Counted from the first letter of the stretch, positions 53,083 to 62,845 are shown. The stretch is 64,000 nt of DNA from an uncultured Chloroflexia bacterium (GCA_963710255.1 CAVPZJ010000005.1:265439-329438), one strand, 5' to 3'. Made by a program: numbers and translations. The notes: generated by a model from the sequence alone, not told the origin.

Positions 53083-53619
53083 TTGGCAATCTCTAAGCAG
53101 CGGAAAGAAGACCTCGTTTCGCAATACCGCGAGATCCTGGGACGAAACTCGAGCATCCTGCTGACCGAGTACAGCGGGTTGACCGTCAAGGAGACGGAAG
53201 CCTTACGCGAGAAAATTCGCGAGATGGGTGGAGAGTTCTTCGTCGTCAAGAATTCGCTGGCGAAACGGGCATTCGAAGAGTCAGGCTGGACACATCCAGA
53301 TGATGCATTCGAAGGTCCAACAGCGATGGGAGCAGCTTCGGAAGATATTCCGGGGTTGGCAAAAATCCTGGTCGATCTCTCGAAAGAGAAGGAAACCTTC
53401 AAGATAAAGGCCGGGATTATCGATGGTGAGATATTCAACGCAATGCAGCTTCATCATCTCGCCGAACTCCCACCGATGCCCGTACTCCAATCGCAATTCA
53501 TGGGCGTCTTGAACATGCCTGGGTCACAGCTGGCAGGCGTCCTGGCGGGATCGTTGCGGCAAGTCCTGAACGTGCTCCAAGCCCGGATCGATGCACAGCC
53601 GCAAGGCTCCGCAGCCTGA
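53083..53619 (+). CDS. rplJ: 50S ribosomal protein L10
   Basis: TTG start after GAAGGAGG. Typical L10 N-terminus (KQRKEDLVSQYREIL). Confidence 0.9.
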   Translation: MAISKQRKEDLVSQYREILGRNSSILLTEYSGLTVKETEALREKIREMGGEFFVVKNSLAKRAFEESGWTHPDDAFEGPTAMGAASEDIPGLAKILVDLSKEKETFKIKAGIIDGEIFNAMQLHHLAELPPMPVLQSQFMGVLNMPGSQLAGVLAGSLRQVLNVLQARIDAQPQGSAA

Positions 53620-53652
53620 CATTCATACTAAAAAACCAAGGAGAGCTTTATC

Positions 53653-54033
53653 ATGGCAGATATCAAGAAAATCAAGGATGAACTGAATAAGCTGACCATC
53701 CTGGAAGTTTCAGAACTGGTCAAAGAGCTCGAGGAAGAATGGGGTGTCTCCGCAGCTGCCCCGATGGCGATGGCCGTCGCGGCCGGCCCCGGTGGCGCGG
53801 CGGTTGAGGCCGAGGAAGAGAAGAGCGAGTACGACGTCATCTTGAAGGATGTTGGTCCGAAGAAGATCGACGTGATCAAGGCCATCCGCCAGATCACCCA
53901 GCTCGGGCTGGCTGATTCGAAGGAACTGGCCGAGACAGCTGGCGCCAAGGTGCTCGAGCAGGCTGGCAAGGAATCAGCCCAGGACGCCAAGGCCAAGCTG
54001 GAAGCGGCCGGCGCTACGGTTGAACTCGCCTGA
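53653..54033 (+). CDS. rplL: 50S ribosomal protein L7/L12
   Basis: LTILEVSELVKELEEEWGV, Ala-rich hinge, C-terminal ...KAKLEAAGATVEL. Confidence 0.95.
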   Translation: MADIKKIKDELNKLTILEVSELVKELEEEWGVSAAAPMAMAVAAGPGGAAVEAEEEKSEYDVILKDVGPKKIDVIKAIRQITQLGLADSKELAETAGAKVLEQAGKESAQDAKAKLEAAGATVELA

Positions 54034-54051
54034 GCATACGATGCCTTCTAT

Positions 54052-54077
54052 CAGAGCCGCCAAAAGTGGCGGCTCTG
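54052..54077 (+). terminator. Terminator hairpin after rplL
   Basis: CAGAGCCGCC-aaaagt-GGCGGCTCTG, a perfect 10-bp stem, then gtgtgttt. Confidence 0.65.
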
Positions 54078-54116
54078 TGTGTTTAAGCCTGTGGTATAAA
54101 CCACGCGGGAGGCGTA

Positions 54117-54806
54117 ATGCGTGAGTCGATCCTGATCATCGAAGATGAGGAGCGTATTCTTCAGTTTCTCAGGCGTGGCCTGACCTATGAGGGCTACCAG
54201 GTGGAAACCGCGTTCGATGGCACAGAAGGCCTGGCGAAAGCCGACAAAACGCCTCCCGATCTTGTCATCCTAGATTGGATGCTGCCTGAGCAGGAACCCG
54301 GGTTGGACGGCCTCGAGGTGTGTCGAAGGCTCAGAGCTGGCGGCGATCTCCCCATCCTGATGCTCACCGCAAAGGATTCGGTCGCAGATCGCGTCCGCGG
54401 TTTGGATGCAGGAGCCGATGATTACCTTGTAAAGCCATTCGCTCTGAATGAACTTCTTGCACGTGTGCGTGCCCTGCTGAGGCGCTCCAAGACGACCCTG
54501 CCTGAAGTCCTCAGCTACGAGAATTTACGCCTAGACACCGGCACACACCAGGCATTTCGCGGTGACCGGGCGATCGATCTCACTGCCAAAGAATACGAAC
54601 TCTTGGAACTGCTTCTCAGGCATCCGCGGCAGGTGTTGACACGAGATCTCATCTACGATCGCGTGTGGGGCTATGACTTCGGCGGTGAGAGCAACATCAT
54701 CGAGGTGTATATCCGCTACCTGCGCCAGAAGACCGAGGAGGGGGGAGCCCCGCGCCTGATCCATACCGTTCGCGGCGTCGGGTACGTGCTTCGGGAATCG
54801 GAATGA
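54117..54806 (+). CDS. OmpR-family response regulator
   Basis: Receiver domain ([10 protein letters not shown] phospho-acceptor Asp region, KPF) plus winged-helix domain ([12 protein letters not shown]...VRGVGY). Confidence 0.9.
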   Translation: MRESILIIEDEERILQFLRRGLTYEGYQVETAFDGTEGLAKADKTPPDLVILDWMLPEQEPGLDGLEVCRRLRAGGDLPILMLTAKDSVADRVRGLDAGADDYLVKPFALNELLARVRALLRRSKTTLPEVLSYENLRLDTGTHQAFRGDRAIDLTAKEYELLELLLRHPRQVLTRDLIYDRVWGYDFGGESNIIEVYIRYLRQKTEEGGAPRLIHTVRGVGYVLRESE

Positions 54807-56200
54807 CCCTCAGAACCAGGCTCACAATCTGGTATACAGGTGTGCTCGCAGCGGTCCTGCTGCTCTTCGCCTCGATCGTCTACTTATCCCTGACGCTTAA
54901 TCTCACGAACCAGGTCGAACAAACACTCAGCCAAACTGCGGATGACGTGCTAGCCACCCTCTCCGGCGGTCTGCCTGAAGACCTGGCGCTTACGCTGCGA
55001 GCGCTCGACCTCACTTCCCAGGTCTCGCTGCAAATCTTGAACGACCAGGGGGCGGTAATCTGGCAGTCGACCAACACGCCGGTCGAAAACGGCGTACTCG
55101 ACCCGTCCAGCATTCCGGCTACGTCCAACGTTTACAGCAGCGTTTCGATTAACAGCCTGGATTACAGGGTGCTGACCGTGCCTGTCGTCCGACGCCCCGA
55201 TGATGTACTGCTTGGTTTTCTCCAGCTCAGCGAAGACCTGGGAACGGTGAAGGCGATCTCCAGCACGCTGCTCACCATGCTGCTTGGAGGCGGTGTATTG
55301 GCCTTGCTTGCGGCCGCGATCATCGGCTATGCGGCCGCCGGAGCCGCTCTGAGTCCCCTGGAGCAAGTCACGCAAACCGCGCTGCAGATCACGCGTGCCG
55401 ACGATCTGTCACGGCGCATTCCGCTGCTTGGGCCACCGCGGGGCGAGGTCGGTAATTTGATCCAGGCCTTTAACGAATCGCTCGAGCGGCTGGAAGGTGT
55501 GTTCCAGACCCAGCGGCGCTTCCTGGCCGACGTGTCCCATGAGCTGCGGACGCCGCTCACCGCTATCCGCGGGAATGTAGATCTCATCCGGCAGATGGGC
55601 TCAGCCGACGACGAATTGTTGGAGGTGATTACCTCCGAGGTGGACCGGCTTACCCGGCTTGTGCGCGACCTGCTGCTGCTGGCGCAGGCAGAGACGGGCA
55701 AGCTGCCGCTCGCACGCGAGAGCATCGAGCTGGATACCATCATGCTTGAAGTGTTCCAGCAGGCGAGGGTATTGGCGCGGGATGGTGTCGTGCTGCGCAT
55801 CGGACGCGAAGACCAGGCTTGTGTGGAGGGGGACCGTGACCGGTTGAAGCAAGTGCTTCTAAACCTGGTCGCGAACGCGCTGGAGCATACGCCATCGCCG
55901 GGTGAAGTCACACTGGATCTGACCTGCGATCAGAATTGGGCCGTTTGGCGGGTGACGGATAGCGGCCCAGGAATCCCTGAAGAAGATCTTCCGAACATCT
56001 TTGACCGTTTCTACCGCAGGGATCCTTCGCGCAAGAGAAAGCCAGGCGGCGGTGCGGGGCTGGGTTTGTCCATCGCCTACTGGATCACACGCAGCCATGG
56101 GGGTGACATCGAGGTCGAATCCATCGTTGGCAAGGGCTCGACGTTCATCGTTAGGCTTCCGTTGAGCAACGGGCGGGAGCAACATTCTCAGTCAACCTGA
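54803..56200 (+). CDS. Sensor histidine kinase (2 TM, HAMP, HisKA, HATPase_c)
   Basis: H-box [14 protein letters not shown]-box [12 protein letters not shown]-boxes DSGPGI and [10 protein letters not shown]. 4-nt overlap with the regulator gene. Confidence 0.9.
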   Translation: MTLRTRLTIWYTGVLAAVLLLFASIVYLSLTLNLTNQVEQTLSQTADDVLATLSGGLPEDLALTLRALDLTSQVSLQILNDQGAVIWQSTNTPVENGVLDPSSIPATSNVYSSVSINSLDYRVLTVPVVRRPDDVLLGFLQLSEDLGTVKAISSTLLTMLLGGGVLALLAAAIIGYAAAGAALSPLEQVTQTALQITRADDLSRRIPLLGPPRGEVGNLIQAFNESLERLEGVFQTQRRFLADVSHELRTPLTAIRGNVDLIRQMGSADDELLEVITSEVDRLTRLVRDLLLLAQAETGKLPLARESIELDTIMLEVFQQARVLARDGVVLRIGREDQACVEGDRDRLKQVLLNLVANALEHTPSPGEVTLDLTCDQNWAVWRVTDSGPGIPEEDLPNIFDRFYRRDPSRKRKPGGGAGLGLSIAYWITRSHGGDIEVESIVGKGSTFIVRLPLSNGREQHSQST

Positions 56201-56266
56201 CCACAAGCTGCACAGCGTAACAAGGAGCTGGCGAGAGCAAGTGATCTAGTGCTTGGATTGATAACG

Positions 56267-57022
56267 TTACCCGTCCTGAAATGAGGCCAACGCGGCCTGG
56301 CACAATCTTGCGCCCCCGGCCTCCAGCCAGGCAACGAGGGTTTCGCTATCGCCGGTAGACTGCTGCAGGTCTTCCCAGATCCCGGTCCCCCAGTAGACGT
56401 AGCGGCGGGTTTCATCTGGCCAGAGCGTCGGATCGCGTCCAATCTGGCCATGTCCACCGTTGTATCCTGCTAACGCCAAATCGATCCGGCCGCTGCCTAG
56501 CTCGAGAGCCCGGTGCAGATAGGCAAGCCCGCGCCGGGCGTTGATCTCCGGGTCAAAACCATTCTCCTCCCCCTCAAAATGATAAGGCATTACCTGGAAC
56601 AGGCCGCGTGCCCCGGCTGGGGATAGTGCGTGCGCATCACCGCACGACTCAATCTGCATCACGATCGCGACGAGCACAGGCGGCAGCTCGTAGGCAAGCG
56701 ACCACCTTTCGATCGAATCTGACCATCTCCTCACCTCCGGCGTGAAACCAGCCAGTTCCTGGCCGATGGTGGTGCCCGTACGTCCAGGAGCGCTTGACGC
56801 ACGCGCGCCGTCAACCCATTCGACCTGGGCTGGCGGTGCCTGATGTAAGGATTGGATAAAAGCTGCGCCATGCTGGGCAAACCAGACAACTAGGCCAGCC
56901 AGCAGAGCCGCTGGAAGGAAGTATTGGGCGATGAACGAAGCAGGGGAAGAACGCCGGGGGCGTAAGCCCCCGACGATCTGTGGGTGTCCCTGGCGCAAGC
57001 GCCCCCTCAGCGCAGTTTGCAT
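56267..57022 (-). CDS. Membrane-anchored lytic transglycosylase (SLT domain)
   Basis: N-terminal TM segment (FLPAALLAGLVVWF). SLT motifs MQIESCGD...SPAGARGLFQVMP...AGYNGG. Confidence 0.8.
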   Translation of the reverse strand: MQTALRGRLRQGHPQIVGGLRPRRSSPASFIAQYFLPAALLAGLVVWFAQHGAAFIQSLHQAPPAQVEWVDGARASSAPGRTGTTIGQELAGFTPEVRRWSDSIERWSLAYELPPVLVAIVMQIESCGDAHALSPAGARGLFQVMPYHFEGEENGFDPEINARRGLAYLHRALELGSGRIDLALAGYNGGHGQIGRDPTLWPDETRRYVYWGTGIWEDLQQSTGDSETLVAWLEAGGARLCQAALASFQDG

Positions 57023-57029
57023 GCTTCGC

Positions 57030-57737
57030 TCAGCGCCTGAAGTTAGATGGACGAGCAGCTACTGGGCGGCGCTGCCCGTTGGTTGGGATTGTGCCTGACT
57101 TCGGTGCAGGACGGATCGAGCGAGCCGGCGTTTCGGGCTCGGCGGCTACCGCTGTCCGCTGCGCACGCCCTGGATGATGGGCTTTCCTGCCGAACAGGCT
57201 GCGGGCAGCGAAGTCGCTGCTTGAGAGCGTGAAGGTGCCAATCATCAACACCCGGATCAGCCAGACGAGCATGGCGACGAAAAGCGGCACGCTTGAGAGC
57301 AACGTTTCGCGTCCGAGGATCTCGTTTCCAAGGCCGCTGTGGCCAATCAAGGCCAACGAAACCGCCCACCAGGTCAAGGCTGCGTTCATCGTCGCCGCGA
57401 GCAGCCACGAGCCAAGTAGATACCAGGTCTCCATGGAAGCCTTGGAGTCGCCCTGGGGCGAGAGCAAGCGCGCGATCCCGGCGAAATCCATGCCACAGAA
57501 AGCAAGGGCCAGGATGGTGGACCAGCGCACGCTGGCGAAGCTTAAGCCTCCCAAGAGATCCGTGAGGGCATACTCCGTTGTGCCGTAGTTGAAGCTCTCG
57601 AAGGCAATCAGGGCCCCGACCATGATCAAGGCGAAGAGAGAAGCCCTCGGCAAACGTGCTCGCTTCAACAATGCGCGCAGCGCAGGTTCGAGGCTAAAAG
57701 GGATTCGTGGACGGGACGTGCGAGCGTAGGTTGACAT
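57030..57737 (-). CDS. Hypothetical 4-TM membrane protein with basic, disordered C-terminal tail
   Basis: RBS GGAGG 6 nt before ATG 57737. Four hydrophobic helices and a Pro/Arg/Ala-rich tail. No family recognised. The stop lies 7 nt before the SLT gene start. Confidence 0.55.
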   Translation of the reverse strand: MSTYARTSRPRIPFSLEPALRALLKRARLPRASLFALIMVGALIAFESFNYGTTEYALTDLLGGLSFASVRWSTILALAFCGMDFAGIARLLSPQGDSKASMETWYLLGSWLLAATMNAALTWWAVSLALIGHSGLGNEILGRETLLSSVPLFVAMLVWLIRVLMIGTFTLSSSDFAARSLFGRKAHHPGRAQRTAVAAEPETPARSIRPAPKSGTIPTNGQRRPVAARPSNFRR

Positions 57738-57753
57738 GGCCGACCTCCATATG

Positions 57754-57807
57754 GAACAAGTGTTCTAGGGTAGGTGCAGTATAGAACAGATGTTCTTTCC
57801 TTGTCAA
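57754..57807 (-). promoter_or_regulatory. Promoter with two LexA-type (GAAC-N4-GTTC) operators
   Basis: Minus strand: TTGACA (57807-57802), 18-nt spacer, TATACT (57783-57778). AGAACATCTGTTCT (57796-57783) fills the spacer. GAACACTTGTTC (57765-57754) lies downstream of the -10. Confidence 0.6.
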
Positions 57808-57879
57808 CCCCCAATTTCCCTCAATCGGGCGCCGGGCATCGCATGGGATTGGATTGCGATGAAGTTGTGTTGAGGAGGC

Positions 57880-58797
57880 TCAGGCAGCCTGGGTGCGAGC
57901 GCGGGTATACAGCCGGATGATGAGCATGCCCAGGAGCATGGCCGGGAGCACAATCAGCCCCGCTTCGGGCCCAAAACCACCGCCTGTGATGAGGTCCGGA
58001 CCGGTTGTGGTTTGGCGGATGAGCGATTCGATCCGCAGCCCGCTTACCGGGAAGCCGAAGACGGTGCCTTCGAATAGGTTCCAGCCGACGTGCAGCCCGA
58101 TCGATAACCAGAGCTGGCGGGTGCGAATCCAACCATAGGCCAGGAAGATGCCGGCGGCAAAGATGCCCAGGCTGGAAAAGAGGCTGCTGTTCGGGTTGGC
58201 CAGGTGCAGCACTGCGAAAACGCTGGAGGAGAGGATCACGCCCCATTCCAGGTTGAGGCCATCCGCGAGGTTCTGCAGGTGATAACCCCGGCTGAGAAGC
58301 TCCTCGCTGATCCCTACCAGCGTGAAAAGAAGCAGCCCCTGAAGCAGGACGGGGAGCCAGGCTCCGCCAGCCATCGATTGCCAGGCGAAAGAGTCGATCG
58401 TCAACCACCCCATCGCCAGCTCGGTCATGAAGATCAAGCCCATCAACAGCGCGGGGATCCAGAAACCGACGAGCAGGTCCTTGACGGCATGGGCGTCGGG
58501 CCGGAAGCCCAGGGAAATGAAGCTGCGCCGATCGAGCCAGCGCCTGGCAGCGAAGGTGGCGAGGAGGATGGCAATCAGTTCGATCGTCGCATCCAGGGGA
58601 AGGCCGAGCTCGAACAGGCCTCCGTTGTTCCATAGGACCATCACCACGCCCAGCGTCAGCAGGCTCAAGCTCAGGCCGAAGAAGAGGGTGTGGAGCAGCA
58701 GACGCCAACCGGCGCGCAGGCGGGGTTCATCAGGTGACAGCAGAATCCGCCGAATCCAGGTCGACCGCCAAGGCTTTTGGGATGTCATCAGATGCAT
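57880..58797 (-). CDS. CPBP-family intramembrane glutamic endopeptidase (CAAX/Abi-type)
   Basis: Multi-TM protein with GISEELLSRGY (EExxxR) and FAVLHLANP (FxxxH) motifs. RBS GAGGAGG. Start at 58797 or 58788. Confidence 0.8.
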   Translation of the reverse strand: MHLMTSQKPWRSTWIRRILLSPDEPRLRAGWRLLLHTLFFGLSLSLLTLGVVMVLWNNGGLFELGLPLDATIELIAILLATFAARRWLDRRSFISLGFRPDAHAVKDLLVGFWIPALLMGLIFMTELAMGWLTIDSFAWQSMAGGAWLPVLLQGLLLFTLVGISEELLSRGYHLQNLADGLNLEWGVILSSSVFAVLHLANPNSSLFSSLGIFAAGIFLAYGWIRTRQLWLSIGLHVGWNLFEGTVFGFPVSGLRIESLIRQTTTGPDLITGGGFGPEAGLIVLPAMLLGMLIIRLYTRARTQAA

Positions 58798-58837
58798 ATC
58801 CTCCTCAGGGGCAGCGCCATCGTCGGGGTGGGCTGGA

Positions 58838-59521
58838 TCATGCTTCTGCCGCCCGGATAAGACGTCGGGCGAGGCCAGAGCCGAGCAAGGCCAGGCCATC
58901 TGTTGTCATGGCATGGCTGCAAGCCGCATCAAACAGGATGGAGGCACGTGCCGGAAAATCCTCATCCCCGGGCCAGAGTGCGGCACCGATCCTGATCCGC
59001 GGCAGAGGCTGGAAGGCATAGGCTGCCGGCGCAAGGTCCGGCAGGCGCTGCCCACCGAGTTGTGCGGCGGCGGTCGCCAGGTCGTCCAACTGGTCGCCGA
59101 AACGCCTGGCGAGCAGGTCGCCGCTGTAGCCCTGGAAAGCCTGGTTGTAGAACCCGCCATTGGGCAGCTCACGGAAGCCAATCCAGCGGTCAGCAAGCGG
59201 CGTCCCGTCGGCGGTGTCCAGGTAGTAGAAGACCATCGCCTGGTCGAAAGTGCTCAGCGGTTCCCCGTCGTCGACCCAGCGCACTTCAAGCCCAGGCCAC
59301 CCAACGAGGACCTGGCGCCCCCAGTACGCAAACCTCATTCCATCCGGCTCGATTGCCGCTTCCACCAGGGCCGCCAGGTGCTCGCGATTGCGCGACTGAA
59401 GCAGTTCCTGGAGTTCGCCCAGGCGGCGGGTCATGCTCGACTGCCAGGCTTCGTGCGCAGCGGCGATGGAGGCGTGCAGCGGGTCGCGGCCACCAGCGGC
59501 CTGGTCGGTGAGTCCCGGCAT
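58838..59521 (-). CDS. DUF3786-like protein
   Basis: Pattern ...VFYYLDTADGTPLADRWIGFRELPNGGFYNQAFQ...LWPGDEDFPARASILFD matches my memory of DUF3786. Start MPGLTDQ lies 2 nt after the upstream stop. Confidence 0.45.
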   Translation of the reverse strand: MPGLTDQAAGGRDPLHASIAAAHEAWQSSMTRRLGELQELLQSRNREHLAALVEAAIEPDGMRFAYWGRQVLVGWPGLEVRWVDDGEPLSTFDQAMVFYYLDTADGTPLADRWIGFRELPNGGFYNQAFQGYSGDLLARRFGDQLDDLATAAAQLGGQRLPDLAPAAYAFQPLPRIRIGAALWPGDEDFPARASILFDAACSHAMTTDGLALLGSGLARRLIRAAEA

Positions 59522-59523
59522 CC

Positions 59524-60852
59524 TCAATCCACCCGCATCTTTTCCATGTAATCTTTGATCGTCGGAAGGGCGGTCAGGCGTTCCTGGAAGAAGTTGTTCA
59601 CGAGGTTGATAATCTCCGCCCTGGTCGTCTCGACCTGGACCCGCCAAGCGTCGTCTTCCCCGCTCTTTCCGAGCAGACCGCGCAGCTGGAGCAGGGAGCG
59701 CACAATCTCGCTTTCCTGTTCGCCCTCGAGCGCTTCGACGACGGTCAAGATCAACTTGTCGGCTTGCTGGGTGAGGGTTTCGGCGGAGAACGTTCCGGGT
59801 TTGTCGACCACATCATCGATCGTCCGGATGAGCGACCAGACCTGGTACAGAGCCGTCGCGGGTTCATCGAAGAGCTCGCGCACGTAGGCAGCCTCCTCGT
59901 AGCGACCCGTCAAGCGGAAGATGTTGTACATGCGTTTGGCGGCCTTGCCGTAGTTGGCGTGCTGCCCGACGTATTTATGGACTTCCTTCTCCAGTTGGTG
60001 GACGTAGGATTCCAACGCATCGGCGGAAACGTGCTTGGCCAGCTTGGAGAAGAGCGGGATCGACTCGGCTTCCAGGTATACCTCCTGGAAGTAGGGGTCT
60101 AGGTACCCGTCGAGGGGTGTGATGCTGCCGTCGGGTGCCTCCCAGGTCACGTCGAGCATGTTGCTGGCGTTGGCCAGCGCCCCGCGCACGGGGTCGGCGA
60201 CGACCCAATCCAACTTGCACCAGCCTGGATCATCCGCGACCTGCATCCACTCGATCGATACGGGTTTTCCGTCGGCGCCGAGGGCGTCGATCCTGCCCGC
60301 CTGAAGCTCGTCTACCGACCAGGAGATAGGGGTGCCGGCGCGGTGAAACTGGTCCTCGCGGTTGACATCCGCCGGGTAGGAGCCGAATTTGACCTCGATC
60401 AACTGGTACGTTGGGCCGCTCAGGCTGTCGAGCGCTTTCGTGCGGATGAGATCGGCCAGGATGCTGCAGGCCTCCACCCGGGTCTCGGCGATGATGTTTA
60501 TCCGTTCGAAGTAGTCGCAGTCCCCGGGGTAGGTCTGGATCTTGGATTGGGCTGCGGAACCGGAGAGCGCAAGCGCCGTCTCAACCTTGCCCGGCGTGTC
60601 CTTGAATTCGACTAGCTGGCCGACCCGTCGAAAATAGGCCAAGTCATCCGGGCTGAAATCGAGCATGGTGACGGTGTGGCCGAACACACCGGCCTTGGTA
60701 TCGACGAGCACGTCTGCGCTGCCCTTGGCCGCGCTCACGGCCGAAAGCCATTGCAGCGCTTCCTCCTCATCCAACTCGACCCCCAGTCGAGCGGCAGATT
60801 GAAGGATGCGTTCGAGCGCCTCGCCGGCAGAGGATCCCTCTTGTTCTGGCAC
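59524..60852 (-). CDS. Unassigned 442-aa protein with nucleotidyltransferase-fold signature
   Basis: RBS GAGGAGGG 7 nt before GTG 60852. LALSGSAAQSKIQTYPGDCDYFERINI, i.e. G-S-x11-D-x-D (60514-60561). Long helical C-terminal half. I recognise no named family. Confidence 0.45.
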   Translation of the reverse strand: MPEQEGSSAGEALERILQSAARLGVELDEEEALQWLSAVSAAKGSADVLVDTKAGVFGHTVTMLDFSPDDLAYFRRVGQLVEFKDTPGKVETALALSGSAAQSKIQTYPGDCDYFERINIIAETRVEACSILADLIRTKALDSLSGPTYQLIEVKFGSYPADVNREDQFHRAGTPISWSVDELQAGRIDALGADGKPVSIEWMQVADDPGWCKLDWVVADPVRGALANASNMLDVTWEAPDGSITPLDGYLDPYFQEVYLEAESIPLFSKLAKHVSADALESYVHQLEKEVHKYVGQHANYGKAAKRMYNIFRLTGRYEEAAYVRELFDEPATALYQVWSLIRTIDDVVDKPGTFSAETLTQQADKLILTVVEALEGEQESEIVRSLLQLRGLLGKSGEDDAWRVQVETTRAEIINLVNNFFQERLTALPTIKDYMEKMRVD

Positions 60853-60882
60853 GTTTGTTCCCTCCTCAGGCTGGATCAGGTT

Positions 60883-61470
60883 TTAACTATCGCGGTTTAG
60901 CTGGCTCAAGATACGTTGAAACAGGTATGCCTGGTCCTGCGCATCTTGCAGTGCATTGTGAGAGAGCGTGACCGGGCTTTCAAGCCGTTCAGAGACGTGC
61001 TGCATCCCGGTCTCGGACCAGCGGATGTTGAGCAACCCCATCGCCAGGGCTTTCATGTCCAGCGCAGAATGTCCAAAGGGGTTTTCAACATCATACCGCT
61101 GGAAATAGGCCTGGACGAACATCCAATCGAAGGGAGCATTGTACGCGACGAAGATTGGAGGTCCAGCCGCGGCCCTGGCCAGGTTCGCCCAGCGGGCGAA
61201 CTCGCCCATGGCGCGGGCCGGGTCCACCCCGTCGATCTTCAGCTGCTCGATATCCAGGCCGCTAACCTTGAGCGCCTGGCGATCCACCAAGTCCCGATCG
61301 GGCTTTAGTTCCACGTAGAACGTTTGGCCCGGGTCTGCGACCTGGCAAGCCCCGATGGAGAGCATCGGATAGCGGGCTGGTGCCGGCCCGGCAGTCTCGA
61401 TATCAACCGAGATGTAGTTGGAATCCGTCCCCGTCTCAGCCTTCAATCTGTTGTCCTGGTCCAGGTCCAA
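60883..61470 (-). CDS. DEDDh 3'-5' exonuclease (DnaQ/RNase T-like)
   Basis: ISVDIETAG (Exo I), YNAPFDWMF (Exo II), HNALQDAQ (Exo III, H-x4-D). The TTG start is uncertain. Confidence 0.75.
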   Translation of the reverse strand: MDLDQDNRLKAETGTDSNYISVDIETAGPAPARYPMLSIGACQVADPGQTFYVELKPDRDLVDRQALKVSGLDIEQLKIDGVDPARAMGEFARWANLARAAAGPPIFVAYNAPFDWMFVQAYFQRYDVENPFGHSALDMKALAMGLLNIRWSETGMQHVSERLESPVTLSHNALQDAQDQAYLFQRILSQLNRDS

Positions 61471-61472
61471 GC

Positions 61473-62237
61473 CTAGCGGCCGCTGATCAGGTTGCCCAGG
61501 ATGTCGCCCCCGATGCCTGCGGCGCCCTTGCGTTCATCGACCTTCTGAAAACGGGCAGCCGCCAGCACGCGGTCGGCCAGGCGTGAGAACGGCAGGCTCT
61601 GCAGGTAGACCTTACCCGGACCGGTGAGGCGGGCCAGGAACAAGCCCTCTCCCCCGAAGAGTGCGTTGCGAAAACCCCCGATGAACTGGATGTCGTAGTC
61701 CACGGTCTCGGCGAAAGCAACCAGGCAGCCGGTGTCCACGCGCAGCGACTCGCCCGCAGCCAGCTCGCGTTCGATAATCGTGCCGCCGGCGTGTACGAAC
61801 GCCATCCCGTCCCCCTGCAGGCGCTGCAGGATGAAGCCTTCCCCGCCAAAGATCCCTGCGCCCAACCGCTTGGTGAAGGCGACCTCGATTTCGATCCCCT
61901 GGGCCGCGCACAGGAAGGAGTCCTTCTGGCATAGGATGCGCCCCCCGAAGGAGGTCAGGTCGATGGCGATGATCTTCCCCGGGTACGGCGCAGCAAAGGC
62001 GACTCGCTGTTTGCCCTGGCCGGTGTTGAGAAAGGCGGTGATGAAGAAGCTCTCACCCGTGAAGGCTCGCTTCAAACCTTTGAAGACGCCCCCGCCGGTG
62101 GAGGTTTGCATCTCGATCCCGTCATCCATGTAGGTCATCGTGCCCGCTTCGGCGCGCACGGCTTCACCAGGATCGAGCTCGATTTCAACCAGCTGCAGGT
62201 CATCGCCAAAAATCTTATGATCGATTACGTCGGCCAT
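61473..62237 (-). CDS. TIGR00266/AIM24 (DUF124) family protein
   Basis: LQLVEIELDPGEAVRAEAGTMTYM...FGGEGFILQRLQGDGMAFV...GGEGLFLARLTGPGKVYLQS repeats typical of AIM24. Confidence 0.7.
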   Translation of the reverse strand: MADVIDHKIFGDDLQLVEIELDPGEAVRAEAGTMTYMDDGIEMQTSTGGGVFKGLKRAFTGESFFITAFLNTGQGKQRVAFAAPYPGKIIAIDLTSFGGRILCQKDSFLCAAQGIEIEVAFTKRLGAGIFGGEGFILQRLQGDGMAFVHAGGTIIERELAAGESLRVDTGCLVAFAETVDYDIQFIGGFRNALFGGEGLFLARLTGPGKVYLQSLPFSRLADRVLAAARFQKVDERKGAAGIGGDILGNLISGR

Positions 62238-62254
62238 GGTGTTCTCCTTTGTTG

Positions 62255-62277
62255 GGTCGTTCGTGCGTGGAGTTTAC
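62255..62277. repeat. Left copy of an imperfect direct repeat flanking the RAYT gene
   Basis: GGTCGTTCGTGCGTGGAGTTTAC. Compare the right copy at 62846-62864. Confidence 0.6.
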
Positions 62278-62319
62278 CAGAGATGAATGGGCGTTCCAAC
62301 CCTGGTGTGACCAGGTGGG

Positions 62320-62825
62320 TCAGGTTTGCACGAAGTATCGATCGAGTTCCCATCGAAGCGGATTTTCGAGGATGTATTGGCGGTAGCGGGCGAGATCGGT
62401 TTCATCCCGGATGACGTGGTCGTAGAAATTGCGCTGCCAGAACTGTGTCCCAATGCTGCCGGTGAGCAAGTTGATCGATTTTGTAGTCTCGTACTTGTAG
62501 TAGGCAATAACTTCTCCGAGGGTTTCACGTTTTGTAGGGGCGGGGTCACCCCGCCCCTACGATTTGGTGATTCCTCAATGATGATGATTGCATGCAAGTG
62601 ATTTGGCATGATTACGTAATCATCAACCGAGACTCGGTTGAAATGCACTTGTGTGTGAGTCCAAAACTTGTCAGCGATCGTGCCTTCATTCGACGGTGAA
62701 AAAAGACCTCCGATGATTTTTCCTAGCCGGCATTCCCTACGGTTTACACAAATCGTCACGAAATACGCCCCGGGCTGAGCATAATCGTAGTTTGAGAGGC
62801 GCAGAGATTTTCTACCGGAACACAC
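62320..62825 (-). mobile_element. REP-associated tyrosine transposase (RAYT, IS200/IS605 TnpA-like), one frame break
   Basis: SLRLSNYDYAQPGAYFVTICV, VIMPNHLHAII (HuH). After a shift near 62520 the C-terminus reads ETLGEVIAYYKYETTKSINLL...FWQRNFYDHVIRDETDLARYRQYILENPLRWELD (catalytic Tyr region), with stop at 62320-62322. Confidence 0.75.
62534..62560. repeat. Perfect GC-rich palindrome inside the RAYT coding sequence
   Basis: GTAGGGGCGGGG-tca-CCCCGCCCCTAC, 12-bp arms. Encodes ...RRGGVTPPLQ... Confidence 0.8.
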
Positions 62826-62845
62826 CTCGATCCCCCTGGTGCATC

